A stretch of 64,000 bases of DNA from the human T2T-CHM13v2.0 reference genome, Homo sapiens, in NCBI RefSeq assembly GCF_009914755.1, contig NC_060929.1, one strand, 5' to 3'. Below are positions 1-11,963 of this stretch, piece by piece (the stretch's first letter is position 1; each line of letters starts with the position of its first letter). The notes under the pieces were generated by a model. That model saw only the letters and a program-made list of their open reading frames with translations, was not told where the DNA came from and ran no database searches. The position numbers and the translations under genes are program-made.

Positions 1-216
1 GAAGCTATTCAAAAAACATTTGTTTAAGGACTCAATAATACACATATGAAAAAACCAAATATAAAAATATAAATTATACATATATAATCCATATGTATAT
101 TTGTTTATATACATATTTTGCTTATATACCTACATATTTATCACACAAATATTTACATGCTGATTATCCATAGGAATTTTTAATTTTTAATTAAATTTTT
201 AGCTAGAAGTAAACCA

Positions 217-544
217 TTTTTGTTTTTGTTTTTGTATTTGTTTTGAGATAGGGTCTCCCTCTGTCACCCAAACTGAAGAGCGAGTGGTGCAAACACGGCT
301 CACTGCAGTCTCAACTTCCTGGACTCAAGCAATCCTCCTGCCTCAGCTTTCCAAGTAGCTGAGACTACAGGCCCATGCCACCACACCTGGCTATTTTTTT
401 ATTTTTTTAGTTTTTTTTATTTTTTGAGGAGACGGTGTCTTGCCAAGTTACCCAGGCTGGTCATGAACTCCTGGACTCGAGCAATCCTCCCACCTGGGCC
501 TCCCAAAGTGCTAGGATTATAGGCGTGAGCCACTGCGCCAAGCC
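217..544 (-). mobile_element. Alu SINE, AluJ-like
   Basis: T-rich tail, then reverse-complement Alu dimer (gagatagggtctc...cctcccaaagtgctaggattataggcgtgagccactgcgcc); 'ggactcaagcaatcctcctgcctcagc' is J-type. Confidence 0.93.
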
Positions 545-579
545 CTATTTTATTTTTACTTAACAATTATTATGAGAGA

Positions 580-915
580 AATTGAGGCAACCATTAGCGA
601 TACTGGCTCTCTCTTTGTAGCTCTCCACCCTCAGGACACATGTAGATGCACTTAATAACCCTCTTGTAGTTGAATGGAGCCACGTGACTAATTCTGGCCA
701 ATCAGCAGCCAAGCGTTGATTCGCTGGTGTGAGACTCTCCATCTCTTCCCCTTTCTCCTTCTGCCAGAAGGATCAACAAAGTCCATGATGGTAACTCTGT
801 CAGTTTCTGTACCAGAGTGAGGAGGCTGTGCAGCAGAGCTCCCTGTCGATGATATGTAGTATGGGAAACAACAATCACTATCATCTTTGTTGTTACAAGA
901 TTTAGAGGTTGTCAG
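580..915 (+). mobile_element. old MaLR LTR fragment (MLT1H/I/J-like)
   Basis: motif order 'ctcttgtagttgaatggagccacgtgactaattctggccaat'...'cagagctccctgtc'...'ctttgttgttacaagatttagaggttgt' resembles old MLT1 LTRs. Confidence 0.55.
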
Positions 916-1899
916 GGCAATTTAACTCACCCATCAGGATAAATAGAGAAATTATGCACATATAATTTTAAAATTATACTGAAAACCTTATTCAAAAAAC
1001 AGTCTGCAAAACTATACTATATATATTCATTGTGAATGCTCTTTCTCAAGTCATTTTGTTTCTGCTGGTAATTAACTCTATAATTCTAAGTAATATGCTT
1101 ATACTGGGTTTTTTTTTCTTGATTTTCATTTTTTTAGCCATTATCTATTCATTTCTTATCATAATAAACATTTAATTATCTTATACTGATCTCCAGTTCC
1201 CTTTTTTCACCTAGTTACATCACAATTTTTAGTTAAATTAACAATCACTGTTTACATATTTTTACTATATATAAATCTTATTTACTATGTATGTAATATA
1301 TACATATTTGCTTTACGGCTCAACTTCTGTTTTGCTAGTAGTTAATAATTGCTTTGGTTCTTTTCCAAATGGTACTCATATCTGCCACCCCTCTCAGATG
1401 CTCTAGCAAATTGGATAATCTATCAATTTCATTTTCTCTTTTCAGCCTCCTCCTCAACACCTTGTACTCTTGCTTCAATCTGTACTTCTCAGCTAGTTGC
1501 TTTCTAGGCCCGCTAGAAATCTGACATCCTAAGCATTCTTTCTGTTATTTCCCGTGTTGATTATTGGATCTCATGATTTCCTTTTTGATAGCTTCCTGCT
1601 TTTTGTGGGTCACATTTTATAGAAGCTCAAGTGGCAAATGAAGTGAATAGTATTAATATTTTACATTTTTTGGATCTTGCATCACTAAAGATGGCTTTAT
1701 TCTGTCTTTACACTAGTTCATAGTTTGACTTGCTAAAGGAGTCTATGTTGAAATGTAAATTCCTTCAAAATATTGAAGCCATTACTCTATTGTACTCCAG
1801 CATCTATTTTTTTAAGTAATTTATCATTAATCTGATTACTTTCATTTTAGGTAGAGGGTGGGGTAGGAGGCAAGGTTTCAGCATTCATGATGCTGACTC

Positions 1900-2233
1900 T
1901 TCTGGATGTTGAAATGCACTGCCCAGAATCCCCTCAGCATGTGTTTCTCCAGTAGAGGGTATACTGCTCTTGCCCAAGATTATACCCATTTATACAGAGC
2001 AGTCTGCAGACAATGGCTATTTGATAAACGGGAAGGAGATAGTATAGAGTCCTAACCCCTTCCTCTAAGTTTTAGAAACCCCAACTGAACCAGAAGAGGC
2101 CTCCATTGAGCCTTTAACCCTGTTCCTACTCTTCTTCCTGTGGTGCTCACACTGAGAACATTTCCCCACAAACACCCTGCATCCCAATCTCTATCTATCT
2201 CGGAGTATCTCAGGGAACCAGATCTGCACCACA
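1900..2233 (+). mobile_element. ERVL-type solo LTR remnant (LTR16/LTR33-like)
   Basis: starts 'aaatgcactgcccagaatcccctc', ends 'acaccctgcatcccaatctc...ctcagggaaccagatctgcaccaca', like LTR16/33 termini. Confidence 0.5.
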
Positions 2234-2870
2234 GACATTCCCTTCATTCCTTGTTTCAGCCCCACACCTCATCCCTGCAGGGTGCTACATCTTCTCTCTC
2301 AGAGTCCTGACCCTTTCTGAGAACATTTCTCTAGAAAATAAATCTTGGGTATTTCTGTGGTAGGGTGTGCGGGTAGAAACAGGAGCCTTGGATAGGATGT
2401 GGGGAGGCAGCCTTCTCTTCCATTCTCACACCTTTCCTTTTAAATTCCTCCATTTAATTACAGATAATATGAACATATGGTCCATTCACTACAATTGATT
2501 AGGAGTCCATTCTTTTAGATTGTTGGTTCATCTCTGTTGGCATGAATTAAAAACAATTTTATCTATTAAAAGTAGAAAAGGTATAAGAACATTTTCCAAA
2601 CTGTTACATTGAATACTAGTTTTTGAGATGTTAAGAGTCCAGTTGAATAATAAAAACAAGAAAAAGACTAGAGAGTCAAATAATTTGTAAATATGGCTTC
2701 AAAATCTTAAAGAAAATATTTCTTTTTATTACGTGACTTCTAAGAGCTTTAAATATACTAATTGGAATGTGACTATTCTAGAAGGTGGAGAGCATTTGCA
2801 GAGTAATTAGACCATTCCCCTGTAGACGGCAGTTAATATCAGAGTAAGCCATGTTTTAGAATATGACTTG

Positions 2871-2982
2871 GGCCTGGGCATGGTGGCTCATGTCTGCAAT
2901 CCCAGGATTTCTGGGAGGCTGAGGTGGGAGGATAGCTTGAGCCCAGGTACTCCAGCCTGGGGCACAAAGCAGGACCTTGTCA
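2871..2982 (+). mobile_element. free Alu monomer (FLAM-like)
   Basis: ggcctgggcatggtggctcatgtctgcaatcccag...ggaggatagcttgagcccagg...ccagcctggggcacaaagcaggaccttgtc, single monomer. Confidence 0.85.
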
Positions 2983-3086
2983 AGAAAGAAAGAAAGAAAA
3001 AGAAAAGAAGGGCAGGGCAGCGCAGGAGGAAGGGAGGGAGGGAGGGAGGGAGGGAAAGAAAGAGAAAGAGAAAAGACAAAAAGAAA
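2982..3086 (+). repeat. purine-rich (AAAG)n/(GGGA)n low-complexity tract derived from the FLAM tail
   Basis: aagaaagaaagaaagaaaa...gggagggagggagggagg...gaaaagacaaaaagaaa. Confidence 0.9.
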
Positions 3087-3994
3087 TATGCCATGGGAAT
3101 TGCTGCACAAAGCATCTTAATCTAAGTTTTATACTAATCACAGGGCTTCTATTACTCCTACAAGAATTCCTTTACCTTAGCTGGAGAGGTAAAATGAATT
3201 GCTAAACACTTAAAAACCAGCATGACTGTACCAAGGAATAAAACATGTTAACTCTGTTTCAGGTGAGTGCTTTCTCCATTACATCAAATTGCCTGCTTAC
3301 TTAAAATTAATCATAATATTTGAATTAGGATCACGTAATGTAAAAAAATCTCATTTCCCAGAATATTCTACACTAGAAATCAATTTCTCACTATCCTGCT
3401 GAAATTTGTCCAAGCAATCTGCATATATTTTTAAATCTATCTTTTTTATCTCTAGTTCAGCATGTGCCATAATGTTCTCTGTGGAGCACCCAACCCCATT
3501 ACTCTGTAAGCAAACAAAAAGTTAACTATTTAATAAAGTTTGGAATATTTTGCCTATGTATCTCCTTCCTGGATATTTACAATATTTATTTAGCTTCCAG
3601 TAATATATCAGTTTAATTTTATGAAGCTCAGCTTATTTGACCATGCAACCATTTTGCAGGTAGTACCTGTTGATATTAGCATTCCACAAAACCTACTTTG
3701 GGAAATACTAACCTAGGTTACTAAGGTTCATACTAGCAAGAGATGAATAAGACTAACTATTATAAATAATAATGGAGAAAAAAAGAGCTCCAATGATCTG
3801 ACACAGAGAAATGGATTTTATGAAGGGACATGATTTCTCAATGAGAAAGAAAGAGGAAACAGAAAACTAATAGTTCCATTGTATTTCCATAGTTAGGGTG
3901 GCGTATGGTTAGGATTCTTTGTTCAGTTTTATAAACCTCGTACTGTCATGACTTCATTAACCCAAGGCTAAGCTGTAATTCTAAAAGGTATATA

Positions 3995-5031
3995 TATATT
4001 TAAAAATTGACAAATAAGAATGTATATATTTATGATGTAAAACATTTTATTTACATAGATGTATACATTGTGAAGTGGCTAAATCAAGCTAATTAATATA
4101 TACATTACCTCACAAACTTATCTTTTTTTGTGGCAAGATCACTAAAAATCTACTCTTTTAGCCATTTTCAAGTATGCAATGTATTGTTGTTAACTATAGT
4201 CACCCTGAGGTACAATAGATCTCTGGAACTTATTCCTCCTGTTTAACTGAAATTTTGTGTCCTTTGACTAACATTGCCCCAGTCTTCAGCCCCCACCCAT
4301 CAGCCCTGGTTAACAACCATTTTATTCTGTTTCTATGAGTTTGACATTTTTAGCTTTCACATTTAAATGAGATCATGTGGTGGTTGTCATTCTGTGCCTG
4401 ACTTATTTCACTTAACATAACGTCATCCAGATTCATCCATGTGATCCCAAATGACAGGATTTCCAAAATATATAAGGAACTCAAAAAGGTCAATAGTATG
4501 AAAACAAATAACTTGATTAAAAAACAAGAAAAGGATCTAAACAGATGTTTCTCAAAAGAAGCCATACCAATGGCCAACAGGTATATGAAAAAAATGTTCA
4601 ACATCACTTAATAATCAAGGAAATGCAAACTAAAACCACAATGAGATATCAACTCATACCTGTTAGTACAAAAAAGATGAAAGATGGCAAGGATGTGGAG
4701 AAAAGGGAAGATGTTTACACTGTTGGTGGGAATGTATATTCACATAGCCATTATGGAAAACAGCATCGAGGTTCTTTAAAAGCTAAAAATAGTACTACCA
4801 TATTATCCAGCAGTTTCACTACTAGGTATATATCCAAAGGAAGTGAAATCAGTGTGTCAAAAAGATATTTGCACTCCCATGTTCATTATAGCATTATTTA
4901 CAATAGCAAAGATACAGAATCAACCTAAGTGTTCATCAACAATGAATGGATAAAGAAAATGTGGTACACACACACACACACACACACTCACACACTAGAA
5001 TTCTACCCAGCCCTGAAAAAGAAGGAAATCC
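3995..5031 (-). mobile_element. L1MA-type (L1MA8/9-like) LINE-1 3' end with an inverted 5' segment
   Basis: 3995-4464 is L1 3'UTR and ORF2 end on the minus strand; 4465-5031 is the preceding ORF2 C-terminal part on the plus strand (KEMQTKTTMRYQL in ORF 4545..4928). Confidence 0.9.
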
Positions 5032-5789
5032 ATAATAACATCTTTTATTTTGGATAGAATGGACATCAAGGGTATTTGTGACAGATATACCATGAATGAC
5101 ATGAACCTAATATTAAATATTTATTTTTGTTGATGTAAGGAACATTAATAGCCTAGAAACTATAAGTTTTAAGATTTAGCTTAGGAACTCAAACGATGTA
5201 GCAAATATATTTCATCATGATTTGATCTATCTATATCAATCTTATAAAATTGTGTGAGCATGAGGTTTTGGGGATGAAGAGATAATGGAATCAAATTTTA
5301 GCTTTTACCCCCAAACCTTCTAGACTTTAATTGTATATTATGTAAAATGTAAGTATTTAAAATATGAAGTTCATGAATGGGTTCATGAGTCAACCGCAGG
5401 GGAGTTGGTGAAGCCCCTGAAACTATATGAAAAATTGTGTGTACATTTACATTTTTCAAGAGAGATTTGATCTAGTCAAATTTTCAAAGCACCCTGAGAT
5501 ACCCAAAAAGTGATAGACCCCTTAAAGAGATAATCTCTAAGAATTCTGTCTCCTTTTTCATTAACAGTTTTATAAGCTTTCTTATGAAAAGTATGTCATG
5601 TTTATGATATTTAGTAATTTCTTTGCTGAGCCTTCATTTTTAGCTATTCAAGAAATTTAAAAGTAAATTGTAAATATTACAATTAGTTTCTAAGGATTGT
5701 TTAAAATATCATTAATTATATAAAATTTTAATATATATTTTCAGTTCTTCAGCTAGGACAGACAGAGCCTCTTTAAAAGATTTTATTTG

Positions 5790-6480
5790 ATGCTGGGAAG
5801 GGTGCTGGGAAAAGAGAACTCCTATACACTGACGATGGGAATGTATATTAGTACAGCCATAATAGAAAACAGTATGGAAGTTTCTCAAAAAACTAAAAAT
5901 AAAACTATCATATGATCCAGCAATCCCACCACTAGGAATTTATTCAAAGGAAAGGAAATCAGTATATTAAAAGTACACCTGCACCCCCATGTTTATTGCA
6001 GCACTATTCACAATAGCCAAGATATGGAATCAACCTAAGTGTCCTTGATGGAACTGGAGGTCATTACAATAAGTGAAATGAGCCAGGCACAGAAAGACAG
6101 ATATGGCATGTTGTCACTCATATGTGGGAGCTAAAACAGTGGATCTCTTGGAGGTAGAGAGTAGAATGATGGTTACCAGAGGCTGGGAAGAGAGAGGTGG
6201 GATGAAAAGAGGTTAGTTAATGGGTACAAGCATATAGTTAGATAGAAGAAATAAGTTCTAGTGTTCGATAACACAGAAAGGTGACTATAGCTAACAATAA
6301 TTTATTGTATATTTCAAAATATCTGGAAGAGCTGAAGTGTTCCCAACACAAAAAATAATAATCGTTTGAGGTGATGGTTATCTTAAATACCCTGATTTGA
6401 TCATCACACATTGTATGCATGAATCAAAATATCACATGTACCTCCTAAATATGTATAATTATTATGCATCAATACAAATA
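5790..6480 (+). mobile_element. L1MA-type LINE-1 3' fragment with ~100-nt internal deletion near 6045
   Basis: atatgatccagcaatcccaccactagg, atgtttattgcagcactattcacaatagccaagatatggaatcaacctaagtgtcc, then an L1MA 3'UTR. Confidence 0.9.
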
Positions 6481-6576
6481 TTTACAGTAAAAAGGAGATT
6501 TGAATTGTAAGAAAAAAAGAGAAGAAATTCTATTTTTGCAACTTATAATAGTTATTATTTGTGTGAGATACTCACT

Positions 6577-6595
6577 TGCCCACAAGATGGCGCTC
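6577..6595 (+). promoter_or_regulatory. candidate CTCF site overlapping a YY1 core
   Basis: tgcccacaagatggcgctc matches CTCF core CCASYAGRKGGCRS at 13/14 positions; AAGATGGCG is a YY1 core. Confidence 0.6.
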
Positions 6596-7849
6596 TCTAA
6601 TTTTGGATATACTATTTTCCCAAACCAATTTCTCAAGAAGTTATTTCTAAAGTGTTCTCTTCCCTGAAAAATAATATTTACAATAAATTATTCTTCACTA
6701 CTGTTTGATTTTCATGCTTGAACATCTAACAATGCATGACAAAGTATATGTTAATGTTTTTGTGTGAGTGGATTGATGAATGGATGTTTCAGACATTCAC
6801 AGAATGTTTACTAAATTTCTGCTGCATAAACAGCTTTGCACAGTGGATTTATAAACAAAGAAACAAAAGGTGTTAAAGTATAAAGAGCAAATCAGGGTTA
6901 CTATTTTTCAAGTTAATATTTTTATATCCAAGAGTTTCATATTTAAATGAAAAATGATTGTTATAGACATGTAAATGTACAGCAAAGAGAAGACATCGGT
7001 TCAGTTAGGTAAAAGACCTTATAAGTTGTTGTGACTTATGAAGAACTTTAAGGTTTGTATGAGAAGGAGGTAAGGGGAAGATATTTAAGAGGCGGCAAAT
7101 AACATAAGAAATAGCTTGAAATTATGTAGTCATGCCATCCCAAAATAAAATGGCCTCCCATTAGATAAGGCTAGATGAGTTACAGAGGGTGGTAAAAGTC
7201 ACTCCAAGAGGAAGAAAAGGTAACTAATATTTACTGAGAACATAATATAACTCATACTGTTATTTAATGATCTTTCCCCACCCTTGAAAATACGTGGATG
7301 TGCCTCTTATTAGAGTGTTAGAATTATGGTGCTATATTTGGATATTTTGAGTAGGTTGCACTTCCCTAAATGTTGTACTAAATCCCAGTATACAGTCACC
7401 AGAGGAATAGAGATTTCCCAGAGAGGAAATCAGAGTTAAGGAGGTGAGCCTTAAGTAAGCATAGGAGGAGACTAAACTTCTCTGTCTTGATTCTCAATCT
7501 CTTGAGTAATGACTATGTCTTGTGGAGCCCTCTCTTGTGGGAAAGTTAAAGATGGCCTCTGCTGTCCAGTGTGAAGAGGGAGTCAGAAGAAGAGTTTCTC
7601 CTAGGGGACTTCATTTGAATAAGATATCTCCTATGATAGAACAAATTATCTAGTTTCATGTTACTTTGATTCTACATAGTTTGTCAGTAAAGTGTTGCTT
7701 TAAAATTCCTGCTTTGTCTCAGCTGTTAAACAAAGAAAAGGATTTTTTTAAAACCCACATTTAGATCAAATTGACTTAAAAAGAGTACCTGTCTGTCCAA
7801 AGGATGATGGTAGTGAGAACAACAATGAGAAAGACCCTGAAAAAAAGAA

Positions 7850-8447
7850 TTCTGCTTCTCACTGATCTCTCTTTCTTCCCTTATTCCCCTAAAGTCATCT
7901 CCAAATTAGGAGTCAGAGGGATCTTGTTAACATCTGTTTAAAGGTCTTTGTTTAATAAGGCAAAGCCACTAGTAAGATGAATAGAGCTCTGAGTCCCCTT
8001 CTGTTTCATCTCCAACTTTTTCCCTTATTCTCCACTTTGCTACTTCACTCCAGCCACCAGGACCTTCTTACTGTCCCTCCATGATGGCAGGAGGACTTTT
8101 TGTACCTCCTTCATGTTTGCTCACATGCTACCTTCTGAATGAGGTCTTTCCTAACACCACTTAAAATTCCACCACCCACCACACACACATTCGTTAACCT
8201 CTTCTCTAATACACTTTTCTTCATGGTATTTATCACAAAATCTTCCCCATACATATTTTTAAATATAGATATATAAATAAATATATATTTCTATATATTA
8301 CATATATATATAATATATAAATTATTTTCATCTTTCACTCCCAGCTGGAATATAAACTCCACAAGGGTAGAATTTTTGTCTGTTTCATTCACTGCTGTAT
8401 TTTTTTTTACAGTACAGAGAAGAAAGCTCAGAACATAGTATGCCTTC
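7850..8447 (+). mobile_element. L2 LINE 3' region, interrupted by MLT2A
   Basis: 'cactccagccaccaggaccttcttactg', 'gaatataaactccacaagggtagaatttttgtctgtttcattcactgctgta...acatagtatgcc'; L2 terminus resumes as 'atatttattgaat' near 8908. Confidence 0.7.
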
Positions 8448-8832
8448 TGTGATAATCCTGAGTGTGAACTTGAGTGGATGGAAGGATACAAAGTATTGAT
8501 CCTGGGTGTGTCTGTGAGGGTGTTGCCAAAGAAGATTAACATTTGAGTCAGTGTGCAGACCCACTCTTAATCTGGGTGGGCACAATCTAATTAGCTGCCA
8601 GCGCTGCTAGAATATAAGCAGGCAGAAACATGTGAAAAGAAAGACTGGCCTAGCCTCCCAGCCTACATCTTTCTCCCATGCTGGATGCTTCCTTCTCTGA
8701 AATATTGGACTCCAAGTTCTTCAGTTTTGGAACTTGGACTGGCTCTCCTTGCTTCTCAGCCTACAGATGGCCTATTGTGGAACGTTGTGATTACGTGAGT
8801 TAATACTTAATAAACTACCCTTTATATATATG

Positions 8833-8863
<31 letters not shown>

Positions 8864-8899
8864 TCCATTAATTCTGTTCTTCCAGAGAACCCTAATATA
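8448..8899 (+). mobile_element. MLT2A1/MLT2A2 solo LTR (HERV-L)
   Basis: tgtgat...gaaggatacaaagtattgatcctgggtgtgtctgtgagggtgttgccaaagaagattaacatttgagtcagtg; ends ccagagaaccctaatata; near-TSD ccttc/ccttg; internal TA/TG microsatellite. Confidence 0.92.
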
Positions 8900-11059
8900 C
8901 CTTGTCATATTTATTGAATCAACTTTTTAAAAGTCTAATTTCTGTGTTCTCTTGAAAAATCAGAAAGCCTGCCAACCCTGGCCTATATTTTCACATGATA
9001 ACAACTGTGAGGAGCTCAGAAGTCACTGCGCATGCAGGTGAGGATATATCTATACCCTCCTTGCCCAGGATCCCCCTGCCTTCTCCATTTGAATAGCTCC
9101 TGGCTCCTGCAGATATGTGAGTTGTGACCTGCTGGAAGAGTCCTGAAAGGGAGAGTGACAGGATCAAATGAAGACTTTCAGTAAGTCACCTGGAAATAGT
9201 GTGTAGGATTAATTTAACGAGTCTGGAGGTTGATGCCTGTTAGTATCTGCTGTCGAAGTCCTGGCATGAATGGATGAGGACCTATGTGATGTGAACTCAG
9301 CTGAAGAATGAAAGACAGGGGAAGTAGAGTTTGAAGAAAGGATTAATTGAACCTGAGGATGGATTGGATATTAAAAATGAATGAAAAGAAAAAGTAATGA
9401 TGACTAAAATTTCTAGACTGGATAATTAGGAAAATGTTAATTTCTGATGTAAAAGGGAACTCAGGAAAGAGTCAACCTAGGACAAAAATCAAAAGACCTA
9501 CATATGGAAAGAAATATACTGATTTGAGTGAACCCAAGCAGAGTTTGAAGACACAGATTCAAAGGTATTTGACAACAAAAAAAGGACTTTGAGATCAATG
9601 CCAGAGATGGGGACTCAATTTTGCATACTGCTTATATACTGCCTACGTAAAGGCACTTTATGATAAAGAACATCTCAAAAAAATAACATATAGAACAAGG
9701 GGCAAAAATAGGGGATAAAAGAGATGATTCCCAATTATTGGTCAAGTGGTTGGAGTGAGAATTAAAGGCAAAATTCCTCTTCTCCCCCTCAAAATTACAC
9801 ACAACTACACAAACATATGTGTTAATGATTTTAGTGTGTTGAATCTGGCTGCTTCCACACTGCATGCATCCTACCTTTCTCCATTCACACCTGAGATAAT
9901 CTCATTCTAGTGAAGTCTTACATTATAAATGACAACACCAATATTTAGGGACGTTCCTCTTTTTTCTTCACTGACTTTGCCTTTCCAAACAATATACTTT
10001 GTGAATCCTCTGAGAAAAAAGAAAGTAGTTTGATCTGCTGGTTTTTAGGACAATAATTTTTAAAGGACTTGTTATTTTTGGTTCAGACACCATGCAAAAC
10101 TCATCTTCAATCAAGGGCAGGTGCCAGGTACAGCATCAAGAAAGTAACAGGTGGTTTCTCTTCCTCTCCTTTCCTCTAAAACATGAATAAAACAAAAGTT
10201 TTAGCATTTCAGAAATAATCTTTTTAATTAAAAGTGGAAGATAAATGTGATAAAAGTTTTCTTTGAGCTCTTGAAAACAAGTTCATTCTATAAGGGTTAG
10301 AAATAGTATTTTTTATCTGTCACTAGAGCCATTGTACTGTGGGGCCTAATGTTTCAGATTTTGGATACTCATTTCTTTCGATTGAAGGTGTCATCAGGTG
10401 TTTTCCACCTTTAGTGATCTCAAGTGGTTCCCCTTCAGTTGCTAAAATATACTGTGTCGTTTGAGCAGTCCAAGACCCACAGAGATCTGCTATCTATATT
10501 GGCAGATAAATGACAGCAGATGGAATTGAGGCTGTGTTCTGTCTCATCGGCAAGCCTGCAGCCTTAGAAGAAGAGATGTGCCCCTGAAGCATTATGCAGG
10601 TTGCTCATCCAGAATCAGTGTCACTGTCATAGTTTGTGAAAGGGAAATTGGCAAATCTCTATACATAATAGGCAAAATGCAACCCTCTCAATTCTCAAAG
10701 GCATATTCTCTTCACTCACATTTTTGTCTTTTTGCTGAAGGGAGGTTTCTGGGCCAAGATGTTCTGACAGCCTGGTATTTTCTTTTTTTGCCCAATGTGT
10801 AAGAAGATAATTAATGTTACCATTAATGCATGCAATGACATTAGTATCAATTCCCTTAGTGATATATATGCACTAGGAAATGAACACAAAAGTTAATTAA
10901 CAATTTATTGAGCATATACTATATTACAAGTTTACTATACAATTGTGCTTTATTACTATTGGTGAAAATAATGAAAGATGGCACTTTTCTATTCTTCACC
11001 ATATACAAGGCACAGTTCCAAGGATTTAAAATCTATCAACTTTATGAATCTTTACAACA

Positions 11060-11963
11060 GGAGGAGCCAAGATGGCCGAATAGGAACAGCTCCGGTCTAC
11101 AGCTCCCAGCCTGAGCGACGCAGAAGACAGGTGATTTCTGCATTTCCATCTGAGGTACTGGGTTCATCTCACTAGGGAGTGCCAGACAGTAGGCGCAGGT
11201 CAGTGGGTGCGCGCACCGTGCACAAGCCGAAGCAGGGCGAGGCATTGCCTCACTCGGGAAGTGCAAGGGGTCAGGGAGTTCCCTTTCCTAATCAAAGAAA
11301 GGGGTGACGGATGGCACCTGGAGAATCGGGTCACTCCCACCCGAATACTGCGCTTTTCCGACGGGCTTAAAAAACAGCACACCACGAGATTATATCCCGC
11401 ACCTGGCTGGGAGGGTCCTACCCCACGGAGTCTCGCTGATTGCTAGCACAGCAGTCTGAGATCAAACTGCAAGGCAGCGGCGAGGCTGGGGGAGGGGCGC
11501 CCACCATTGTCCAGGCTTGCTTAGGTAAACAAAGCAGCCGGGAAGCTCCAACTGGGTGGAGCCCACCACAGCTCAAGGAGGCCTGCGTGCTTCTGTAGGC
11601 TCCAACTCTGGGGGCAGGGCAGGGCACAGACAAACAAAAAGACAGCAGTAACCTCTGCAGACTTAAATGTCCCTGTCTGACAGCTTTCAAGAGAGCAGTG
11701 GTTCTCCCAGCACGCAGCTGGAGATCTGAGAACTGGCAGACTGCCTCCTCAAGTGGGTCTCTGACCCCTGACCCCCGAGCAGCCTAACTGGGAGGCTCCA
11801 GCAGGGGCAGGCTGACACCTCACACTGCAGGGTACTCCAACAGACCTGCAGCTGAGGGTCCTGTCTGTTAGAAGGAAAACTAACAAACAGAAAGGACATC
11901 CACACCAAAAACCCATCTGTACATCACCATCATCAAAGACCAAAAGTAGATAAAACCACAAAG
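11060..11963 (+). promoter_or_regulatory. L1 5'UTR internal sense promoter and antisense promoter
   Basis: CpG-rich 5'UTR; YY1 site caagatggcc intact near 11068. Confidence 0.8.
11418..11507 (-). pseudogene. L1 ORF0, truncated by a 1-bp deletion
   Basis: MVGAPPPASPLPCSLISDCCASNQRDSVG* matches the N-terminus of primate ORF0, then stops after 29 aa. Confidence 0.75.
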
